NCBI GenBank assembly: GCA_021324155.1
Contig: JAJPJQ010000022.1
Span: forward strand, 30,450 to 94,449
Reading direction: 5' to 3'
DNA: 64,000 nucleotides
DNA from: Pseudomonadota bacterium
GTDB lineage: Bacteria; Desulfobacterota; Binatia; UBA9968
The notes under the pieces are model-generated. The model worked only from the letters and a program-made list of their open reading frames with translations, did no database searches and had not been told where the DNA came from. Each line of letters starts with the position of its first letter. Within the stretch, counting starts at the first letter, position 1. Below are positions 59,164 to 64,000 of this stretch, in pieces. A program made the translations under genes and the position numbers.

Positions 59164-60188
59164 ACCGGCAGTCTGCGCCCCTCGCGATAGAGCAGATATA
59201 TGAAAAAAGGCCCGCCGAAAAACGCCGTCACGATGCCGACCGGCAGCTCGGCGGGCGCGAGCAGCACGCGCGCGAGCGTATCCGCCCAGCAGAGAAAAAT
59301 CGCGCCGGCGAGAAACGACGCCGGAAGCAGCAGCCGGTGGTCGCTCCCGACCAAAAGCCGCATCACATGCGGCACCATGAGCCCGACGAAGCCGATCATC
59401 CCGCTGACGGATACCATCGCGCCGATCATCAGCGAAGTCGCGACGAACGCCTGCCGCTCGACCGACGCGACCTCGACGCCCAGCTGGAGCGCCGCCTCCT
59501 CGCCGAGCGTGATGAGATTAAAGCGCAGCCCGTGGCTCCACAGCCAGAGAAAGCCCGCCGCGATGTACGCGGCGATGAAGGCGACCGTGGGATAGGCGCG
59601 CGTCGAAAGGTTGCCCATGAGCCAGAAGAGCAGCCCCTGCGCCTGATAGAAATCGACGATCGAATTCAAAAACATGATCAGCGCCGCGACGAAAGAGTTG
59701 AAGATCACGCCGGTGAGCAGCAGATGATAAGGGTGGAGCCGGCCGTGGAAGAGCGCCAGGCGATAGACCAGCCCCATGCTCAGCAGCGCGCCCAAAAACG
59801 CCGCGAGCGGCACCCACGAGACTTCGCCCAGAAGTCCGCCGGCTAGCGGCAGGAGCCAGTGTGGAAAAAAGATCATTCCCAAAATGCCGCCGAGCGACGC
59901 GCCGCCCGATACCCCCAGCATCTGCGGGCATGCGAGCGGATTGCGCAGCATGGCCTGGAGCACGACGCCGCACGCGGCCATGCCGCCGCCGATGGCGGCG
60001 CCGAGCAGCACGCGCGGCAGGCGCGCGCGGAATAATATTTCCGCGTCGGGCGAGAAGAAATCCGCCAGCGCGCGCTTGAGGTCGATCGCAACCGGTCCGA
60101 TCAGCGCGCAGGCGAGCAGCGATGCAGCGAGGAGCGCGAGCAGCGCGCCGTTGACGGCGATCATCTTTTTACGGTCGAGAACCTTCAC
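59160..60188 (-). CDS. FecCD-family ABC permease (BtuC-like)
   Basis: 342 aa, about 9-10 TM segments, GGASLGG and GPFFIYLL motifs typical of FecCD/BtuC. Confidence 0.88.
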   Translation of the reverse strand: MKVLDRKKMIAVNGALLALLAASLLACALIGPVAIDLKRALADFFSPDAEILFRARLPRVLLGAAIGGGMAACGVVLQAMLRNPLACPQMLGVSGGASLGGILGMIFFPHWLLPLAGGLLGEVSWVPLAAFLGALLSMGLVYRLALFHGRLHPYHLLLTGVIFNSFVAALIMFLNSIVDFYQAQGLLFWLMGNLSTRAYPTVAFIAAYIAAGFLWLWSHGLRFNLITLGEEAALQLGVEVASVERQAFVATSLMIGAMVSVSGMIGFVGLMVPHVMRLLVGSDHRLLLPASFLAGAIFLCWADTLARVLLAPAELPVGIVTAFFGGPFFIYLLYREGRRLPV

Positions 60189-60232
60189 AAATTAAGCGGA
60201 CACGGCATACTCTGCCCTACGAAAATCAAAGT

Positions 60233-61084
60233 CTAACACCCTTTGCCATTAAAGCATTCCGGGTGGATCAATCGCGCGAGATCGCCGAGCGCGTCGCCGA
60301 AGCGCGGCCCGGGCCGCAGGATTTTGTCCGACGTGTACGGATAAATCCACCCGGCGCGCACCGCCGGAACCGAAGCCAGATCGCCCCAGCGCTTGTTCGC
60401 CTTCTCGCGCTCCGAGCCCATGCCCGCCTCGATGATCACCTCGGGGGCCTTCGCGACCACATACTCGTCCGGCACATTGAGCCACGGCTGCGCAGCGCCG
60501 CCGGCGATGTTGGTCCCGCCTGCCAGCGTAATCAATTCGTCGATGAAATTCTTGCCGCCGACGGCTATAAGCGGCTGATAGCCGACGATCAGAAGCACCT
60601 TGCGCCGCGACGCCGACCGCACGCGCTTTCTTACCTCGTCGACCTGCACGCTGATTTTTCCCGCGAGATCCTTGCCTGCCCCTGAGTCACCGATCATTTC
60701 GCCGATCGCACGCACCGATTTCATAATGTCGTCCAGATTAGCGAGCGGCAGCAGGACGACCTTGAGCCCGAGCCGTTCCATCTCGCGCGCCTTCACCGGA
60801 TCAGTCGCGCCGACGACGCCGATCACGATGTCAGGCCGCTTCGCAGCGACAGCCTCGAGGCTTGGGTTCATGAAGTCGCCGATCTTCGCGATCTTCTTCG
60901 CCGCCGGCGGATAATCGCAATAGGTCGTCACGCCGACGAGCCGGTCGCCGTGGCCCAGCGCGAAAATCGTCTCGGTCACGCTCGGCGCGAGCGAGACGAT
61001 TCTCAGCGGCGGCGCCGCGGCGTCGGTCTGCCGCGGCAACCACAGAAGAATAACGATCGCCAAGGCTCGAAGATTCCGGCTCAT
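60233..61084 (-). CDS. periplasmic cobalamin/siderophore-binding protein (BtuF-like)
   Basis: Signal peptide. RIVSLAPSVTETIFALG ... VGVTTYCDYP is typical of the BtuF-type cluster A binding proteins. Confidence 0.85.
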   Translation of the reverse strand: MSRNLRALAIVILLWLPRQTDAAAPPLRIVSLAPSVTETIFALGHGDRLVGVTTYCDYPPAAKKIAKIGDFMNPSLEAVAAKRPDIVIGVVGATDPVKAREMERLGLKVVLLPLANLDDIMKSVRAIGEMIGDSGAGKDLAGKISVQVDEVRKRVRSASRRKVLLIVGYQPLIAVGGKNFIDELITLAGGTNIAGGAAQPWLNVPDEYVVAKAPEVIIEAGMGSEREKANKRWGDLASVPAVRAGWIYPYTSDKILRPGPRFGDALGDLARLIHPECFNGKGC

Positions 61085-61809
61085 TGCTTTATCGCGAAGG
61101 CGATCAGCACGATCGCCTCGCTCAGCTCGGCGACGGCGCCGAAAATATCCCCTGTGACGCCGCCGAGGCGATGCTGGAAATAGTATTTGCCAGCGAGCGC
61201 CAACAGCGCGACAAGCGCCATCACTCCGATGCCGCGTAAGCCGGCGAATGCAACGGCGATAAACACGGCCGTCGCGGTCGCGAAGAGAAGCCGCGCGCCG
61301 GTCATATGCAGGATCATATGCGCGCCGAGCCCTTCTTTGGCCGGCTGCGAGCGATAAGCGAACGCCGTCATCGCCCAGCGCGCGAGCGTCGGCGCTAGTA
61401 GAATCGCGGCCCGACGCGTCGTGTCGAGCGACGCTAGCGCATGTACTTTACAAAGAACGACAAAGACGACGGCTGTGACCCCGAAGGCGCCGGTGCGCGG
61501 ATCGTCCATAACGGCGAGGACGCGCTCGCGCGTGCCGCCGGCGCCGAGCCCGTCGAACGTATCGGCGAGACCGTCGATATGAAGGCCGCGGGTGAGCAGT
61601 GCGAGCAGCGCTGTGAGAATTATGGCGCCAAGCACGGGGGGCAGCTGCGGGCGGATGATCCAATCGACAAAGACGAGCAGAGCGCCGAGGAGGAAACCGA
61701 CGAGCGGGAAGAAAGCCGCGCCGCGCCCGATCTCCTCCGGCTTGCGCTCGGCGCGCCGCGGCCAGGGAAAAATCGTCAGGAACTGGACGGCGGCGTGAAA
61801 ATCGCTCAT
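61081..61809 (-). CDS. cobS: adenosylcobinamide-GDP ribazoletransferase (cobalamin synthase)
   Basis: Start MSDFHAAVQFLTIFP (ATGA overlap with the cobT stop). GLHIDGLADTFDG motif. 242 aa. Confidence 0.9.
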   Translation of the reverse strand: MSDFHAAVQFLTIFPWPRRAERKPEEIGRGAAFFPLVGFLLGALLVFVDWIIRPQLPPVLGAIILTALLALLTRGLHIDGLADTFDGLGAGGTRERVLAVMDDPRTGAFGVTAVVFVVLCKVHALASLDTTRRAAILLAPTLARWAMTAFAYRSQPAKEGLGAHMILHMTGARLLFATATAVFIAVAFAGLRGIGVMALVALLALAGKYYFQHRLGGVTGDIFGAVAELSEAIVLIAFAIKQ

Positions 61810-62864
61810 GCGATTTTTCCCGCGACGCCGGCAGACTCGAACGTCGCCATCTCGCGCATGAGTTTGACGGCCGCCTCGATGACACCCATCGCGAGGCACG
61901 CGCCGGTGCCTTCGCCGAGACGCATACCGAGGTCGAGCAGCGGCACCACGCCGAGCTCGTGCAGCATTGCGCGATGGCCCCTCTCCGCCGAGACATGTGC
62001 GGCGAAAAGAAAATCCATTACCCCCGGGCAAAGCGCCCGCGCGATCAGCCCAGCCGACCCGGCGATGAAGCCGTCGACCACGAGCGGAATGCGCAAAGCC
62101 GCCGCGCCGAGCATCGCGCCGGCCATCGCGCCGATCTCGAGGCCGCCGACCTTGGTGAGAACGTCGAGAGCGTCTTTCGCATCCGGCCGATTAATGGCGA
62201 GTCCCTTTTCTATCGCCGCGACTTTGCGCGCCCAGCCTTCGGCATCGATACCGGCGCCGCTGCCCGCGGCTTCGCGCGGCGCGGCGCCCGTCAGCGCGCA
62301 TAGGATCGCCGCCGCGCTCGTCGTATTGCCGATGCCCATCTCGCCGACGCCGAGAAGAAACGGCTGCTCTTTAGCCGCCGCTTCTTCGACGCGGCGAATG
62401 CCGGCCTCGATGCAGGCTTCGGCCTCCGCGCGCGTCATCGCCGGCCCGCGCGTGAAATTATCCGTGCCGCGCCTGATCTTCAGCGCGCGGAGCTTCAACT
62501 CGGGCGGAAAATCGTGCGCCACGCCCGCGTCGATGATTTCGAGCTCGACGCCTAACGCGCGCGCGAGCGCGTTGATCGCCGCGCCGCCGGAAAGAAAATT
62601 GTACGTCATCTGCGCCGTGACCGCCTGCGGATACGCGCTCACTCTTTCCGCGGTGACGCCGTGGTCGGCGGCGAAGACAAAAATCCGCTTCGGGCCGAGG
62701 CGCGGCGGGACGACGCCTTGAATGGCGGCGACTCTCCGCGCCATCTCTTCGAGCCGGCCGAGACTGCCCGGCGGCTTCGTGAGACTATCGAGCCGTTTCT
62801 GCGCCTCCGCTTGCACCGCTTTGTCCAGCGTCGCAATGCGCGCGATCGTTTCGGCTAGCCGCAT
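61806..62864 (-). CDS. cobT: nicotinate-nucleotide--dimethylbenzimidazole phosphoribosyltransferase
   Basis: LTKPPGSLGRLEE, GEMGIGNTT, GEGTGA motifs. 352 aa. Confidence 0.93.
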   Translation of the reverse strand: MRLAETIARIATLDKAVQAEAQKRLDSLTKPPGSLGRLEEMARRVAAIQGVVPPRLGPKRIFVFAADHGVTAERVSAYPQAVTAQMTYNFLSGGAAINALARALGVELEIIDAGVAHDFPPELKLRALKIRRGTDNFTRGPAMTRAEAEACIEAGIRRVEEAAAKEQPFLLGVGEMGIGNTTSAAAILCALTGAAPREAAGSGAGIDAEGWARKVAAIEKGLAINRPDAKDALDVLTKVGGLEIGAMAGAMLGAAALRIPLVVDGFIAGSAGLIARALCPGVMDFLFAAHVSAERGHRAMLHELGVVPLLDLGMRLGEGTGACLAMGVIEAAVKLMREMATFESAGVAGKIA

Positions 62865-63385
62865 GTGCCGCCCTTTTTCGCGAATATCGGCAGGCCGGCC
62901 ACCATCAGCACGACCTCGTCGGCCGCTTCGGCGAGCCGCTGGTTGGTCCTCCCGGCAAGGTCGCGAAAGCGCCGCGCGAGCGCGTTCTCCGGCACGATGC
63001 CCGAGCCCAATTCGTTCGTAACGATGAAGGCCGGCGCGTCGAAGCCGCGTACAGCGGCGATGAACTCCTCGACGGCGCGCTCGATCGCAGTGTCGTCGGC
63101 GCGCTCGACGAGATTGCTGAGCCAGAGCGTGACGCAGTCGACCACCGCGGCGTCGAAGCCGCGGTTTTCACGCACCGCCCGCGCGATCTCGACCGGCGCC
63201 TCGATGGTCGTCCATTCGTCGCCCCGGCGCGCGCAATGCGCGGCGATGCGCTGCGACATCTCATCGTCGCCGGCCTCGGCCGTTGCGACGTAGAGCAGCC
63301 GCGCGCCCGTTTCGCGCGCGCGCTCCTCGGCGTAGCGGCTCTTGCCGGAGCGCGCTCCGCCGGTGATCAGAATGATTCGATTCAT
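62855..63385 (-). CDS. cobU: bifunctional adenosylcobinamide kinase / cobinamide-phosphate guanylyltransferase
   Basis: Start MNRIILITGGARSGKS (P-loop). 176 aa. The longer ORF start at 63439 is less likely. Confidence 0.88.
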   Translation of the reverse strand: MNRIILITGGARSGKSRYAEERARETGARLLYVATAEAGDDEMSQRIAAHCARRGDEWTTIEAPVEIARAVRENRGFDAAVVDCVTLWLSNLVERADDTAIERAVEEFIAAVRGFDAPAFIVTNELGSGIVPENALARRFRDLAGRTNQRLAEAADEVVLMVAGLPIFAKKGGTCG

Positions 63386-63435
63386 GTTCTTCTTGCTGTC
63401 TTTGCCGCGGGCCCCGCCCGCGGTCAGGGCACTCT

Positions 63436-63870
63436 TCAAAACCCCGCGTTGTCCTTCGCCGACGGCGAAGGCTTCGCCGAAGAATCAGGCGTCGCGAGAT
63501 AGAGCCACCGAACGCGGTCTCCGTTTTTTACCATATACCGCTCGGCCGCGACGTTGGACCGGTACCCGTTGACTTCAAAATACCACCAACGGTTCTTGAC
63601 CGGGTCGCTTCTCACTCCGCCGATCTCCTCGACGAAATATTCGACGCCTCACCTGCCGGAGGTCGCGATGTAAAAGGCGCCGCGCAGAGCATCGAAGACC
63701 GTGCCGCGCTCCGAAACCGCCACCTTTTTCTCCAGCGGCGGCCGCCCGGCCGGTCCGAAATCGACGGCGACGGTAACATCGACGGTCTTATCACTCCGCG
63801 CGCATCCGCTCAGCGCTACGAAAAAAAGCAGCGCGGCGACAAACGCGCGATTCGATGCGATGATATTCAT
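63436..63870 (-). pseudogene. DUF4430 (transcobalamin-like C-terminal domain) lipoprotein interrupted by one in-frame TGA at 63649-63651
   Basis: Lipobox ALSGC. The frame reads ...GTVFDALRGAFYIATSGR*GVEYFVEEIGGVRSDPVKNRWWYFEVNGYRSNVAAERYMVKNGDRVRWLY. The conserved domain continues in the same frame on both sides of the stop, and the total is 145 codons. Confidence 0.65.
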
Positions 63871-64000
63871 GGCTTCACCTCCCGGCCCGTCCTTCCGCCG
63901 AACGTCCCTTGCAGTCCCACGAGAAAATTGAACGGCCGCGCACGAAAGCCGTTCGCCTCCTCGAAGCGCCGGCTGAATAGATTCTCCGCTTTGAAAAACA
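63867..64000 (-). CDS. TonB-dependent receptor, C-terminal end only (gene continues beyond window)
   Basis: The minus-strand frame reads FFKAENLFSRRFEEANGFRARPFNFLVGLQGTFGGRTGREVKP*, a TBDR-like terminal beta-strand (NLF ... GL.GTF). Its stop overlaps the DUF4430 ATG (ATGA). Confidence 0.5.
   Translation of the reverse strand, partial: FFKAENLFSRRFEEANGFRARPFNFLVGLQGTFGGRTGREVKP

Noticed and set aside
63600-63651. Selenocysteine recoding of the in-frame TGA in the DUF4430 gene
   Set aside because: The only hairpin just 3' of the UGA is weak (GUCGAA-UAU-UUCGUC with a mismatch) and does not resemble a bacterial SECIS. No sel genes are in the window. I keep it only as a low-probability alternative in the finding.

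Overview
GC-rich chromosomal segment from a diderm (LPS-making) bacterium. Taxonomy cannot be fixed from sequence alone. It is densely packed with about 75 genes, most of them housekeeping. There are no rRNA or tRNA genes, no CRISPR array, and no transposase, integrase or recognisable defence system.

Main blocks:
- (1) 1-4.8 kb: NUDIX, barstar-like, Kelch, mini zinc-ribbon, amidohydrolase and enolase-superfamily genes.
- (2) 5.0-15.5 kb: a colinear Kdo/LPS-export/sigma-54 supercluster, kdsB-pyrG-kdsA-kdsD-kdsC-lptC-lptA-lptB-rpoN-hpf-ptsN-rapZ-npr.
- (3) metK-ahcY.
- (4) 18-29.6 kb: small accessory genes (cupin+VOC, SRPBCC pair, hemW), a decayed DUF898/M48 locus, moaB-moaD-moaE, a sulfatase and an ABC-2 exporter.
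- (5) glmU-glmS, rlmE, an OmpA-like gene, an OlsB/OlsA-like aminolipid pair, and coxS-coxM-coxG with no large subunit.
- (6) 38.9-46.7 kb: a hydrolase/epimerase cluster around a low-GC fused double ABC permease.
- (7) pepF, an aldolase, a BepA-like M48-TPR lipoprotein, and crotonase plus two acyl-CoA dehydrogenases.
- (8) 55.4-64 kb, minus strand: a cobalamin/cobalt operon. In transcription order it is TonB receptor end, DUF4430, cobU, cobT, cobS, btuF/C/D-like, cbtB, cbtA, then a TMTC-like TPR membrane protein.

I found no clear-cut new multi-gene system. The observations I consider most worth follow-up are:
- two intergenic palindromes built from tandem 7-nt repeats (18072-18183 and 54198-54289);
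- an in-frame TGA inside the DUF4430 B12-locus lipoprotein;
- four ORF-disrupting lesions in otherwise conserved genes;
- a low-GC orphan fused double permease;
- an orphan barstar-like gene coupled to a NUDIX gene;
- a paralogous pair of mini zinc-ribbon proteins.

All functional calls come from reading motifs in the supplied translations. No database search was run.
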